A program made the translations under genes and the position numbers. A stretch of DNA of 51,761 bases, from assembly GCA_004553095.1 (NCBI GenBank), contig SFMJ01000001.1:1-51761 (forward strand), in the 5' to 3' direction. The stretch's first letter is position 1; every line of letters begins with the position of its first letter. The notes under the pieces were generated by a model that ran no database searches, had not been told where the DNA came from, and saw nothing but the letters and a program-made list of their open reading frames with translations. The stretch is from Bacteroidales bacterium (lineage in GTDB: Bacteria; Bacteroidota; Bacteroidia; Bacteroidales; Muribaculaceae). Positions 38,101 through 48,292 of the stretch are shown piece by piece.

Positions 38101-38186
38101 TTGAAGATGCGTCGTTGCATCAACTCTTGGAACGCCGTATCCTTCAGATACAGGCGGCTCAGCATCGTGTCGTCTACACTCTTCAT
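35181..38186 (-). CDS. PEP/pyruvate-binding domain protein (PEP synthase-like, receiver-like N-terminus)
   Basis: GSMGGKGRGLAF, AVRSSSLIED..FAGIY, LIGPGRWG and PSQGTHFFQN motifs. Confidence 0.88.
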   Translation of the reverse strand: MKSVDDTMLSRLYLKDTAFQELMQRRIFNILLIATPYDAFILEEDGRVEEQVYDEYVALNLSSAPRFTKVANYVEAYEELKNKNYDLIIAMPGVDISETFKEAVHIDALYPDIPFVVLTPFSNEVRRRIANEDLRGVDYVFSWLGNVDLIVAIIKLIEDKMNADHDLVDVGIQAILFVEDSIRFYSSILPYLFKFLLKQSMVFSTEALNEHERMLRMRGRCKVLVARDYEEATALIDKYRDNIMGLVTDARFPRNGEKDPGAGFAVAKYLRERRPWAPVIMESSEAENRQQAEDLGYVFLDKNSKTLPIDLRKAVSSEFGFGDFIVKYPGNGRELMRIKNLRELQHKIFEIPDDLLHYYCSTNCISRWLYSRALFPIADFLRQFEFIDIADAPKVRKLVFECIVRYRRMKNRGVVAVFQKDCYDDYSNFARVGSGSMGGKGRGLAFIDQIIKRHPVCDCFEGVQITIPHTLVVCTDIFDEFMDRNNLYPDALSSLPNEEILRRFLEADFTPEVRADLAAFFNVVKRPMAVRSSSLIEDSHYQPFAGIYSTYMVPYLEDPEARINMLCDAVKAVYASVFFADSKAYMNATSNVIDQEKMAVILQGMVGDDHDGFYYPNFSGVGRSLNYYPVGEEKTEEGVVELAAGLGSYIVDGGKALRFSPAHPDKVLQTSTLQLALRDTQTYLHALPLKDVENYRFTPDDTFNIQKVAVADAFKSGALKYMVSTFDVNDQVIRDNEIGPGRKVLTFANVLRHGSFPLAHISEFMLTTGQYEMGRPVEIEFAGKIFPKPDEHGRRGIVYWLQIRPIVDQKEMLDDNVTETDDSELLLRSDTALGHGLMDGVKYLIYVKPEAFDVLKTHDIAAQVGEINEVMSKNGDPYILIGPGRWGTSDPSLGIPVRWAQISGARLIIECAIPGLRVEPSQGTHFFQNLTSFGTGYFTIDTERGNGYIDREYIKSLPCERETEYLKIIKFDEPLTIAINGRKSKGVVFKTAPHREEHPEL

Positions 38187-38189
38187 AAC

Positions 38190-38201
38190 TTAGAGCTCTT
38201 A
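38190..38201. repeat. Minimal footprint-like palindrome
   Basis: TTA-GAGCTC-TTA; the second TTA is the stop codon of the HemD-like gene. Confidence 0.5.
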
Positions 38202-38963
38202 GGCTTCTTCCTTACTCATTTTTTCGAGGAACGCATCCAGAGCGCCGGTCATGGACTTATGCTCGGCATTGGGGGCAGCGAGGTCGACGCGGAGGTCGGC
38301 ATCCTCGATAGCCTTGACGGCAGTAGCACCGAAAGCGCCAAGATAGATGTGCTCCTTATTCTGCTTGAAGTCGGGGAAATTCTTCTTCAGCGACGCGATA
38401 CCGGCGGGGCTGAAGAAGAGAAGCATATCATAATCGAAATCCTCACCCGGTTGGAAATCATTGCTCACAGTGCGGAAGATCACCACCTTGGTAACATCCA
38501 AGGGATGTTCCATCAAGATGCGGTCCTCATCCTTATGGACATCCGAGACCGGGAAGAGCAACTTCTCATCCTTATTCTTATCCAAAGCCGCCAAGAGAGC
38601 CGCGTCATCGAGTTTGCCGGTAGCACCGAAAGAGATCTTGCGCTTACGGTAGACGATATACTTCTGCAAATAGAGTGCGATAGACTCAGTGGTGCAGAAA
38701 TATTTCATAGTGTCTGCCACCTTGACACGCATCTCCTCGCAGAGGCGGAAGAAATTATCGATTGCTGCACGAGAGGTAAAGATCACACCTGTATAGTCTG
38801 CAAGATTCACCTTCGCTTGACGAAACTCCTTAACAGTGAGACCCTCAGTCTTGATGAAGGGTCTGAACACTACCTCCACACCATACTTCTTAGCGATGTC
38901 ATAGTAGGGAGATTTGTCTCCTGCCGGTTTAGGCTGTGATACAAGTATCTTCTTTATTTTCAT
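38199..38963 (-). CDS. hemD: Uroporphyrinogen-III synthase family protein
   Basis: ILVSQPKP, FTSR.AID and LLFFSPAGI motifs. Confidence 0.82.
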   Translation of the reverse strand: MKIKKILVSQPKPAGDKSPYYDIAKKYGVEVVFRPFIKTEGLTVKEFRQAKVNLADYTGVIFTSRAAIDNFFRLCEEMRVKVADTMKYFCTTESIALYLQKYIVYRKRKISFGATGKLDDAALLAALDKNKDEKLLFPVSDVHKDEDRILMEHPLDVTKVVIFRTVSNDFQPGEDFDYDMLLFFSPAGIASLKKNFPDFKQNKEHIYLGAFGATAVKAIEDADLRVDLAAPNAEHKSMTGALDAFLEKMSKEEA

Positions 38964-38992
38964 TCAGTTAATGATTTATTTGCTCGCTTGAT

Positions 38993-39871
38993 TTATAGGA
39001 TTTTCACACACATTAGGTTCGCCATAACGTATGTCAATATGATGGGAACTATTTCCAAACTGCAAAGATAGTATAAAAATAGCAACCACGACGAAACTTG
39101 GGTAAAGAAAATTCTAAAACCTTGTATTAAAAACACTATTTTTCCAATAATAAATATCACAATAGAGATGATGAGCACTACCCTATTCCAGTCCGGGAAA
39201 CTCATCATCAGCATCGCCAGAGGGAACAGCGCCAAAGCCTGAAGGCCCAACGAAGCCGCCGAAGCCTTGACCCAGAGGCGAGTATGGTCGCTGTCGGAGA
39301 ATACGCTACCCACTATCCAGTAAGTCAATGCGATAACAGCGCTGTATCCGGATGTGGCTCCGATACAGAGCAAGATGCCGACTGCCTTATTTTCAATCAT
39401 CTTGGTGCTATCGACAGCCCATGATTGTGGGTATGTGATCAGCGACACCCACAAGATGATGCCGGCACAAATCACCCACATCAGATTGAGCATCACCAAA
39501 AGCATCGTCTCCTTGACAGTCTCATCGAATGCATTATGGCGCATACGAATATCAGTAAGGTGAGATATTAATGATTTAATATACTTCGTATTACCCTTAA
39601 ATTTGAGTCCGATAGCGCAGAAAAGCAATGCAATAGCCAAGTATATCCACGACATCAGATCCCATCCTTGGGGCTTCGCCACGACCGTATTGTCGCGGAC
39701 GTAAGCCGCAGCGGGATCTTCTATCAGGATGCCCATCTTCACCTCTCCCGGTATGGGGGTAACCACCGAGTCGGCCAAAGCGGCAGCCACCGAGTCGGTA
39801 GTCGTCGTATCGGTCGGCAGGGCATGATTCCGCGCCGGGAGTTGGGTATGTATGCTATCTCCGCTTTTCAT
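38993..39871 (-). CDS. DUF4271 membrane protein
   Basis: C-terminal FLYYLCSLEIVP; adjacent to hemD. Confidence 0.75.
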   Translation of the reverse strand: MKSGDSIHTQLPARNHALPTDTTTTDSVAAALADSVVTPIPGEVKMGILIEDPAAAYVRDNTVVAKPQGWDLMSWIYLAIALLFCAIGLKFKGNTKYIKSLISHLTDIRMRHNAFDETVKETMLLVMLNLMWVICAGIILWVSLITYPQSWAVDSTKMIENKAVGILLCIGATSGYSAVIALTYWIVGSVFSDSDHTRLWVKASAASLGLQALALFPLAMLMMSFPDWNRVVLIISIVIFIIGKIVFLIQGFRIFFTQVSSWLLFLYYLCSLEIVPIILTYVMANLMCVKIL

Positions 39872-39881
39872 CTATTCTCTA

Positions 39882-40976
39882 TTAGTCCGCTGATTCGGCA
39901 GAACTTCTCTTCCCCTTTTTATCCTTCTTATCCTTGAGCCATCCTGCCTCGCGATACCATGCAATGCTCTGTCTGACACCCTCTTCGAGCGATGTCTTCG
40001 CTCTGAAGCCGAAACCGCGTTCCGCCTTATCGACCGAGCAATTCCAGTTGCGTTGACGCAAGATACGGTACTTGTCATTGTTAAGAGTGCTCGGTCGGGA
40101 GCGAAGCCAGCCTATCTTATCGCAGATGGCGCAAGCCACCTTCGCTATCCAGAGGGGCAACCTCAAGGGCAAGACGAACTTCTTGCCCATCTCTCGCATG
40201 GCGATGCGACGGAACTCCTTCTGAGTGTAGGCACGCGGCTCCGAGATATGATAGATCTCATCGACCGGCGAATGTTCCAACGCTTCGCAGGCAGCCTCCG
40301 CCAGGTCTTGCGCATAGATGAAGGTGAGCATCTGCTTGCGATAGCCCACACCGAAATCCACACCCTTCCTGATCGAATCAAACATCAGGAAATAGTCATG
40401 ATCCCAAGGACCATATATCCCTGTAGCTCTGAATATTATGTATGGTATTCCGGCAGTGGCAAGCCAGAGTTCAGCCTTCAACTTGGAGGAGCCATAGCGC
40501 GTATTGGGATGAGGGATCATCTCTTCATGATAGGGGCTATAGCCACGTTCATCTTGCGGACCGAGCACCGACAGACTGCTGATGTAGAGCAACTTGTCGG
40601 GCACCTTGTCGGTGTGGTGTAGCGCTCCGGTGAATACCTTGAGATACTCATAATTGATACGGCTGAAATCGGAATAGCGACCCACCTTGGTAGCGCCGAG
40701 ATTATAGATGATATAATCCCAACGAAATTCACCCATGGTCTGATTGATGCTCTCTATTACTGCAGCGGGGTCGTCGAAATCGAAATTGATAAACTTGATA
40801 CGAGGGTCGGTGAAACGGTCGCGGCGAGTAGACTGCCTGACTCCTGCCCACACCTCATATCCACGATGGAGCGCCTCCCACACGAGGTATCCACCCAAGA
40901 AACCACCGGCACCCACCACCAGCACACGCTTGGTCTCCGCCGGGGTCAACTCTGTTATTTCCCTTATCTCCTCCAT
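39882..40976 (-). CDS. NAD-dependent epimerase/dehydratase family protein
   Basis: GAGGFLG Rossmann motif and YGSSK catalytic motif. Confidence 0.9.
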   Translation of the reverse strand: MEEIREITELTPAETKRVLVVGAGGFLGGYLVWEALHRGYEVWAGVRQSTRRDRFTDPRIKFINFDFDDPAAVIESINQTMGEFRWDYIIYNLGATKVGRYSDFSRINYEYLKVFTGALHHTDKVPDKLLYISSLSVLGPQDERGYSPYHEEMIPHPNTRYGSSKLKAELWLATAGIPYIIFRATGIYGPWDHDYFLMFDSIRKGVDFGVGYRKQMLTFIYAQDLAEAACEALEHSPVDEIYHISEPRAYTQKEFRRIAMREMGKKFVLPLRLPLWIAKVACAICDKIGWLRSRPSTLNNDKYRILRQRNWNCSVDKAERGFGFRAKTSLEEGVRQSIAWYREAGWLKDKKDKKGKRSSAESAD

Positions 40977-41680
40977 AATCGCGATCTTCTATGATGAGGC
41001 CTCCCCTCGATGATCGAAAATTCATATCCCTCACGCTGTAGCCACTCGATGCAACGTGGCAAGGCATATTCCAACTTCTCGCGGCTCTTCAGCGAATCGT
41101 GAAACACAATAATCGATCCGGGTCGTGCATATTTTTTTACATTCTCCACCACTCTTTGTGCCGACACATACTTGCTGTAATCGCGAGTCACCACGTCATA
41201 CATGATGATGCTGTAACTCTGACAAATATGGGCCGTATACAGGAATGGCATCCATCCATGCGGGGGTCGGAAGAGGTCGCTGTCTATATATCTTGCGGCC
41301 TCCTTGACATCCTCGATATAGCGACGTGCACCCACCTTGAGGCTATTCAGATGGTGCATGGTATGATTGCCCACACGGTGGCCACGTCTTATCACCTCGG
41401 CATATAACTCGGGATGCTTGCGAACATTATCACCGACCATGAAAAAGGTCGCCTTAATCCCATAACGATCGAGAGTGTCGAGAAGCCAGGGGGTGCACTC
41501 CGGGATCGGGCCATCATCGAAGGTGAGATACACCCTCCGATGATGTTCCTGCTGAAGGATGCGGAACACCCCACGTAAGAACGTCTTTCTGAAGAACTTG
41601 GGTGGAAACTCTATCCATGGTCCCAATATCTTCAGAAAATAGCGTTCCGCTAAATTTTCTCTCTTCTCGTTATGACTCAT
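40964..41680 (-). CDS. Polysaccharide deacetylase (CE4)
   Basis: YLTFDDGP, GNHTMHH, FRPPHG and IIVFHD motifs. Confidence 0.93.
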   Translation of the reverse strand: MSHNEKRENLAERYFLKILGPWIEFPPKFFRKTFLRGVFRILQQEHHRRVYLTFDDGPIPECTPWLLDTLDRYGIKATFFMVGDNVRKHPELYAEVIRRGHRVGNHTMHHLNSLKVGARRYIEDVKEAARYIDSDLFRPPHGWMPFLYTAHICQSYSIIMYDVVTRDYSKYVSAQRVVENVKKYARPGSIIVFHDSLKSREKLEYALPRCIEWLQREGYEFSIIEGRPHHRRSRLWRR

Positions 41681-41725
41681 CTATCGAGTATTGACGGGGT
41701 TAGAAGACACATCTCTATGAGTCTA

Positions 41726-44700
41726 TTAAGGATGATTCTTAAGATATTCTTCGTATAGGCGTTTGCTACGCGCCATATCGACTTTACCGATAACGGGGTC
41801 TTGGTCAACCAATTCCTTACCGATGATTTGGACATATTGGTTGTAAGCCTCCCAATAAATCGAATCGAGATAAAGGTTATCACCCGACTGCTTGGCATAT
41901 TCCTCGGGCGACATCTTCGCCAAGTCATTGACCAAAGCAGCCACATCGGCGAGTTCGGAGAGCATCGACTCGGCGCTGACACCCTCCTCTTCGGCGACAT
42001 CCGACGGATTGTAGAGGGCATCATACTGCTTCTTGAGAGCCTCGATAGTGAATCCCTTAGTCTTGAGCATAGCTTCAATCTTGGCGGGATTGCCACCGTA
42101 TGACTGATATATTTCGACAAGTCGATAGAACTGATATGGCATCATTCGCGACTCGATGGTGAGAGCGACATTACCGAATTTGGTCACCACCTCGCGGTTG
42201 TAGACCAGATACTCGATCATGCGAGGCATCGTCTTCTCGATCAGAGCGCAAGCCTTCGCCTTGATCTTGGCATCATTGAGACCCTCACCGATGCGACCAT
42301 ACACTTCGGCGAGAGTCAGCGTTGTGCTGTAGCCGTAGGGCCAGATACGCTCCCCAAGTTTATTCTCTAAGAGTTGAGCCACACCGAGTGCCTGCTTATA
42401 CTTCAGAGTCATCCGGGAGGAGTCGTTGGCCTCCTTAGCCAAACGTCCCTCATATATCAACTCGCTGCAGACATCGAGCACCGACATTCGAGTCGAAGAG
42501 AGCATGCGGCGAGCGGTCTCGTCGAAATATGGCGGATTGGGATCATCAGCACCACCCCAGAGATATTTCTTGGTGACCACATCGTATGCGCGGTCGGTGC
42601 GTGCCGGCATATTATCCTGGTATGTAGGCACGAGTTGATGCACCATACCTACACCGCGCAGGTAGGGAGTGAGGTTGACATGATACTCCGTGCCGACGGT
42701 CATACACCAATATATGGGACGAGGCCAACCCTCGGCGGCATTAGTGGCGATGATATCGAGCATCAACAACTCGCTGAGGCTTATATATCCTTTTGACTTC
42801 ACAGCATCTGCATCTGCCAGATTGATGACAATCTTGGGCACGATCAGAGATGTGTCTTGGGGAGCCACCAATCCACGCTCTATCACCTTCTTCTTATCGA
42901 TCGGAATGCTGACAGTCGAAGAGGGCATCATAGGATAGCCATAATCATTATCACGGCCACCACCCTGATAGATATACTTCAGGCTCTGAAGGAGGTCGGC
43001 CTCGGAATTGGAAGTGCCGGGGAGCACGACATCGAGATTGCCGTAAGCATAATCTTGCGGGCGGGCTGTGAAATGAATCGGCTGTGCAGTATAGGTGGTT
43101 TGGCGCATCTGGTTGGCATACCAATCAGAAGCCAAGTAAGAGAGGTTGACTATCTTGACATCGGGACGCACACCCTCCACCTCCTGAGCATACCAGAGGG
43201 GGAAAGTATCGTTATCGCCATTGCAGAAGACGATAGCATTCGGTTCGAGGCTTTCGAGATAATTGATGGCATAATCGCGAGCGACATAACGGCGGCTGCG
43301 GTCATGGTCGTCCCAAGTTTGGCTCACCATCTGAATGGGCACGATGACACCGAGCGCCACAGCAGCAATGGCAGCATATAGTTGGATGCGCTCAGACTTA
43401 AACTTCTTCTCGATCAGATAGATGATCGATCGCCAGAGGGCGGCGACACCCATACCGATCCAGATGGCGAAGGCGTAGAACGATCCGGCGTAGGCATAGT
43501 CACGTTCACGCGGCTGCATCGGGGGCTGGTTGAGGTAGAGCACGATGGCGATACCGGTCATAAAGAAGAGGAAGAACACCACCCAGAACTGCTTGATGCC
43601 TGTCTCGCCTGAATAAGCCTGCCAGATGAGACCGATGAGCCCCAAGATGAGGGGGAGGAAGAAGAATACATTATGTCCGGGATTCTCCGCACCGAGGTCC
43701 TTGGGGAGGAGCGACTGGTCGCCAAGGCGCGCATTGTCGATAAGGGGGATACCGGAGATCCAGTTGCCGGCATCGAGTTCACCCTGCTGGTTGAGCACAT
43801 CGTTCTGACGCCCCACGAAGTTCCACATGAAATAACGCATGTACATGTGGATCAACTGGTAGTTGAAGAAATAGGCAAGATTTTGCGAGTAGGTGGGTCG
43901 ATAGCCCATCTTCTGCGGATAAGTGATCATACCTGAGGGGGTCTGATAGGGTTCCGCTTGCAGGTCGAGTTCCGGCACATTCTCTCCGGTGGTCTTATTG
44001 ACAGCATAGAGTTCCTTGAGGTTGGAGGGAACGGTGTCGAGGGTCACCCACGAATTGTAATAGTTGCGGTGCATTTGGCTATATATTCGAGGGAAGAACA
44101 TATTGAGTTCCGGATTGAGTCTGAGGTCGGACTTATAGTCGCGGAGCACATAATAGTCGCCGCCGCGGGCTGCGAGTGCCTCATTTCTCTTTTTCTCACC
44201 CTCGGTGAGGAATCCATATTCAGAAACAGGGACAGCACCCTTCACACCCTTGGCATAGATGGGAGTTCCCTTATCGATTATGCTCTCATATTGCGGGTAG
44301 TTGATAATCAGGGGATCCATATCGGCGCTCACCATCACAGTGTCTTGGAGGTCGCTGACGAGTTGCTTCTGCTGGCCGGAATAGAGGGTTTCGCCATAGA
44401 GCAGAGGAGTGTCGCCATACTGTTCACGGTTGAGATAGGAGGCGAGGTCGAAGACATTGTCGGGAGAGTTCTGATTCATCGGAGTGTCGGCACTTGAGCG
44501 GATTAAGATCAGCGCATAGCTGGAATATCCGACGAAGATCACGGCGATGCTCCACATGATCACGTTCAGAGCTCTGAGCGAGAGCAACTTGAAATATGGA
44601 GAGAAGAAGAATCCTGCCACCGCAGCCCATACGATCCAACCGAACCACCATCCATGACCCATGAAGAAGATGCCGCTCACCAGAAGAGTGAGGAGCGACA

Positions 44701-45589
44701 AAGACTTAATCATTTTGGGAGACTGACCGCGATGTATCTCAAAGAGAGTAGCGACGAAGAGAAGAGTCATAACAGCGGCATAGATCAGCGCACCGCTATT
44801 GAAGTTCATGCCTATGGTGTTGACGAAGAAGAGTTCGAACTGTTGCGCCATCTTGATGAAGCCGGGCACGAGTCCGAAGAGCACCAAAGCCACGATCACG
44901 AAAGAGACGAGCAGGGCTATCAGCGACTTGACGAGATTCATATCGTTCCATTTGCGATAGGCGAAGACGAGGACGATGGCGGGGATACAGAGGAGGTTTA
45001 GGAGGTGGACAGCGATGCTGACACCCACCACGTATGCTATCAAGATGAGATAGCGGTCGGAGTCGGGGAGATCAGCTCGATTTTCCCACTTCAAGATGAG
45101 CCAGAACACCAATGCGGTGCAGAATGAGGAGAAGGCATAGACCTCACCCTCGACGGCAGAGAACCAGAAGGTGTCGCTCCAGGTGTAGGCCAATGCGCCC
45201 ACGACACCTGAACCGATGATTACCAAGTACTTGGAGAGGCTCAACTCCTCGGTGCAATCGCGCTTCACCACCAGACGTCTCACCAAGTGAGTGATCGTCC
45301 AGAAGAGCATCAAGATGGTCAAGGCACTCAGCAGGCCGCTCATAGCGTTGACCATCACCGACACCGAAGCGGCATCAGGGGCGAAGTTGGCAAAAAAACG
45401 AGCAGTAAGCATGAAGATAGGGTTGCCCGGCGGGTGTCCGACCTCAAGCTTGTCTGCCTGAATTATAAACTCACCGCAATCCCAATAGGAGGCGGTAGGC
45501 TCCAAGGTGAGCCAATAGGTGACCAGTGCGATGACAAAAACGATCCATCCGGTCACGTTGTTGATCAAATTATATTTCTTGGTAATCAT
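41726..45589 (-). CDS. DUF2723 membrane protein (GT-C-like)
   Basis: SYWDCGEF..KLEVGHPPG, FWFSAVEGEVYA and GDNDTFPLWY; start trimmed to MITKK. Confidence 0.88.
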   Translation of the reverse strand: MITKKYNLINNVTGWIVFVIALVTYWLTLEPTASYWDCGEFIIQADKLEVGHPPGNPIFMLTARFFANFAPDAASVSVMVNAMSGLLSALTILMLFWTITHLVRRLVVKRDCTEELSLSKYLVIIGSGVVGALAYTWSDTFWFSAVEGEVYAFSSFCTALVFWLILKWENRADLPDSDRYLILIAYVVGVSIAVHLLNLLCIPAIVLVFAYRKWNDMNLVKSLIALLVSFVIVALVLFGLVPGFIKMAQQFELFFVNTIGMNFNSGALIYAAVMTLLFVATLFEIHRGQSPKMIKSLSLLTLLVSGIFFMGHGWWFGWIVWAAVAGFFFSPYFKLLSLRALNVIMWSIAVIFVGYSSYALILIRSSADTPMNQNSPDNVFDLASYLNREQYGDTPLLYGETLYSGQQKQLVSDLQDTVMVSADMDPLIINYPQYESIIDKGTPIYAKGVKGAVPVSEYGFLTEGEKKRNEALAARGGDYYVLRDYKSDLRLNPELNMFFPRIYSQMHRNYYNSWVTLDTVPSNLKELYAVNKTTGENVPELDLQAEPYQTPSGMITYPQKMGYRPTYSQNLAYFFNYQLIHMYMRYFMWNFVGRQNDVLNQQGELDAGNWISGIPLIDNARLGDQSLLPKDLGAENPGHNVFFFLPLILGLIGLIWQAYSGETGIKQFWVVFFLFFMTGIAIVLYLNQPPMQPRERDYAYAGSFYAFAIWIGMGVAALWRSIIYLIEKKFKSERIQLYAAIAAVALGVIVPIQMVSQTWDDHDRSRRYVARDYAINYLESLEPNAIVFCNGDNDTFPLWYAQEVEGVRPDVKIVNLSYLASDWYANQMRQTTYTAQPIHFTARPQDYAYGNLDVVLPGTSNSEADLLQSLKYIYQGGGRDNDYGYPMMPSSTVSIPIDKKKVIERGLVAPQDTSLIVPKIVINLADADAVKSKGYISLSELLMLDIIATNAAEGWPRPIYWCMTVGTEYHVNLTPYLRGVGMVHQLVPTYQDNMPARTDRAYDVVTKKYLWGGADDPNPPYFDETARRMLSSTRMSVLDVCSELIYEGRLAKEANDSSRMTLKYKQALGVAQLLENKLGERIWPYGYSTTLTLAEVYGRIGEGLNDAKIKAKACALIEKTMPRMIEYLVYNREVVTKFGNVALTIESRMMPYQFYRLVEIYQSYGGNPAKIEAMLKTKGFTIEALKKQYDALYNPSDVAEEEGVSAESMLSELADVAALVNDLAKMSPEEYAKQSGDNLYLDSIYWEAYNQYVQIIGKELVDQDPVIGKVDMARSKRLYEEYLKNHP

Positions 45590-45851
45590 TATCTCTGATG
45601 AATTTTCAGCGATTGTATTATGACACAACATGCTCTATTTTAACATTCTAACTACAGGATTACGCCTTTCCGGAGTCTCGGCAGATAAAAAATATATTCA
45701 TGTTATACCAAAAGAATTTGCAAATTTACGAATTTTTGCCGATATTTACAACTTGAAGTGCAACGAGCGCACCAATAACTCTCCTCAATTCTTCTTAATT
45801 TTTGTTAAGTTTTTCGTATCCCGTTTCTTCGGGTAAAAAGTATTACAGATC

Positions 45852-46898
45852 ATGAAAATAACTCAAAACAGCGTACCATCATCTGTGGGAGAGATCACGA
45901 CAATCCGTCTTGAGAACCGACAGGGTGCATGGGTAGAACTATCTTCTTTAGGAGCAGGCATCATCGGTGTTGGGGTGCCGGACCGCGATGGCGTGATAGC
46001 GAATGTGGCACTATCATACGCCGATCCGGCAGATTATATGGCAGATGGGCCCTGCATGGGCAAGTGTCCGGGGCGTTATGCCAACCGTATAGCCGGGGGT
46101 CGACTTCCCATCGGGGAGAACGTCTATCAGTTGGATTGCAATCTGCCACCCAACCATCTCCATGGGGGCAACACCGGTTTTCAGAATCGACTCTGGACAC
46201 CTCGAGTAGTCGACGACGGAGTGGAGTTCACCTACATCTCCGACGATGGCGAGGAGGGCTATCCCGGTCTGCTTCAGGTGTTGATACGCTATCGTTGGAG
46301 CGATGATTGCCGGCTTTCGATCGAGTTTGTAGCCTCGACGAATATGGAGACGGCGGTCAACCTTACCAACCACTCCTATTGGAATCTCCGGGGTTCAGAT
46401 GCCGGCAAGGCACTCGACCATGAGTTGCAGATTAAAGCATCGCGCTGGTTGCCTACAGATGAGACACTTGTGCCGACCGGATCACTCGACCCGGTGGAGG
46501 GCACACCGATGGATTTCCGCACATTCAAGACCTTGGCACAAGACATTGAGGCAGACTTCCAGGCGCTGAAATATGGCAAGGGTTATGACAACTGCTGGGC
46601 ATTGGATGATTGGCATCCGGGCGAGGTGGTGGAGGATGCCGCCACACTTCGCGACCCGAAGAGCGGCAGAATGGTGGCGATCGACTCCGACCAGCCGGGT
46701 CTTCAGGTCTACACCGGTAATTGGCTCGCCGGCAGCCCGCTGAACCATTCGGGACGCCCCTACGAAGATTATGATGGCGTAGCAATCGAGATGCAGGGAT
46801 TCCCCGATGCACCCAATCAACCGGGGTTCCCATCGCAATCAGTTACTCCCGACGCCCCCTATCGTCGCGTCATCACCTTTAAATTTTCGACTTTTTGA
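45852..46898 (+). CDS. galM: Aldose 1-epimerase (galactose mutarotase)
   Basis: GRYANRIA, NHLHGG, NLTNHSYWNL and GYDNCW motifs. Confidence 0.93.
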   Translation: MKITQNSVPSSVGEITTIRLENRQGAWVELSSLGAGIIGVGVPDRDGVIANVALSYADPADYMADGPCMGKCPGRYANRIAGGRLPIGENVYQLDCNLPPNHLHGGNTGFQNRLWTPRVVDDGVEFTYISDDGEEGYPGLLQVLIRYRWSDDCRLSIEFVASTNMETAVNLTNHSYWNLRGSDAGKALDHELQIKASRWLPTDETLVPTGSLDPVEGTPMDFRTFKTLAQDIEADFQALKYGKGYDNCWALDDWHPGEVVEDAATLRDPKSGRMVAIDSDQPGLQVYTGNWLAGSPLNHSGRPYEDYDGVAIEMQGFPDAPNQPGFPSQSVTPDAPYRRVITFKFSTF

Positions 46899-46970
46899 TC
46901 GCGAGATTTTCATCGGCGATCGGATGTAAATTCCTTCCCTATTCAGGTTTTAAAATCCTTTCCTAATAGT

Positions 46971-47900
46971 ATGCAATCTGTAGGTGTCGTAATCCCCATG
47001 TACAATCGGCGCGATCTGATCTGCCGCTGTCTTGACAGCGTAAAGGCGCAGACATGGCGACGGCTTGAAGTGGTAGTGGTCGACAATAATTCCACTGACG
47101 ACTCGGTGGCGGTGGTGCGCGATTGGTGTGAACGACATCAAGTCACCGCCGACACGCCCGACTTTCGGCTTAAGCTACTCTCCGAGACCAAACCGGGAGC
47201 GGCAGCAGCGCGCAATAAGGGTCTCGAGGCGATAACGTCGGAGCATATCCTCTTCTTCGACTCAGACGATGAGATGCTTCCAGACTTGGTGGAGAGTGCG
47301 ATGCGTGAGATCGGCGACCGTGATGTGGTGTGCTGGGATGTCGAAGTGGTGGGGCTTGACGGCAAGGTAAGCCACAAGCCATGCCGCCGCGGAGATGTAA
47401 TAAGGCGACAATTCATCAATGCCATCTTCTCGACCCAGCGATATATGGCGCGCACTGACTTCATCCGCTGCATAGGAGGATGGAGGGATGAGTGCATGGT
47501 GTGGAATGATTTCGAATTAGGCACACGCATAGCCCTCAGCGGATGTAGTTTCACCCGTCTGCATCGAACGTTGGTGAGAATCTATGCTCAAGCGGAATCG
47601 ATCACCGGCACCTCCTTCACTCGTCGCGCCGGAGAGTGGGAGAAGACCCTCGCCATAATAGAGCAAACGATATTGACGGGCGATTGGAAGGACCGAGTCA
47701 AGGCACTGAGATTGTTGTACTATCGTCGGGTCATCCTCGCCGCGCACTATAAGAGGGAGGGGTCGGCAGAGTTAAGCCGTCGGCTTTTGACAGAGGCATT
47801 GGAGGGGAGACACCTATCCGGCATCGACCGCTTTTGGCTCCGATGCCTGCACGCCTACACAGCCGGAGGAGGCAGAGCCGCCTACATCCTCTGGCGTTAA
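46971..47900 (+). CDS. Glycosyltransferase family 2
   Basis: VVIPMYNR, VVDNNSTD, ARNKGL and FFDSDD motifs. Confidence 0.9.
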   Translation: MQSVGVVIPMYNRRDLICRCLDSVKAQTWRRLEVVVVDNNSTDDSVAVVRDWCERHQVTADTPDFRLKLLSETKPGAAAARNKGLEAITSEHILFFDSDDEMLPDLVESAMREIGDRDVVCWDVEVVGLDGKVSHKPCRRGDVIRRQFINAIFSTQRYMARTDFIRCIGGWRDECMVWNDFELGTRIALSGCSFTRLHRTLVRIYAQAESITGTSFTRRAGEWEKTLAIIEQTILTGDWKDRVKALRLLYYRRVILAAHYKREGSAELSRRLLTEALEGRHLSGIDRFWLRCLHAYTAGGGRAAYILWR

Positions 47901-47943
47901 CTCCATAAAATCCGATATATTTGTAAGCATCAGATTATCAACA

Positions 47944-47983
47944 AAAGAGCAGGCTGTGTCGAGTTTGACACAGCCTGCTCTTT
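47944..47983. terminator. Bidirectional terminator
   Basis: AAAGAGCAGGCTGTGTC-gagttt-GACACAGCCTGCTCTTT. Confidence 0.85.
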
Positions 47984-48002
47984 ATTGTAGGAAATTAGGG
48001 AA

Positions 48003-48270
48003 TTATTTCACGTTGAGTTTTGCTTTGCCGGAGGCGTTGGTGACTATCACTACGCCGTGGGGTGCAGTCTCTATCTTGGCATAGCCGGTAGCGTCTGCTC
48101 TGACAGTTTTGATTACTCTGCCGAGGAGGTCGCAGACATTTATGAGGGTCAGCGGCTCGGCGCCGGAAACGAGGATGTTGTCACCATCAGCCTTGGCGCG
48201 CAGAACAGGAAGAGTCTGTGCTATGATTTGAGGGTCATGGCGCAGACTTTTATTTGCTATGTAATAGGGA
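48003..48270 (-). pseudogene. Orphan T9SS C-terminal sorting-domain fragment
   Basis: ...DGDNILVSGAEPLTLINVCDLLGRVIKTVRADATGYAKIETAPHGVVIVTNASGKAKLNVK*; no ATG in frame; not in the ORF track. Confidence 0.7.
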
Positions 48271-48272
48271 AT

Positions 48273-48288
48273 TAAGAGCGTGCTCTAA
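48273..48288. repeat. Footprint-like palindrome
   Basis: TAA-GAGCGTGCTC-TAA. Confidence 0.7.
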
Positions 48289-48292
48289 TGAA

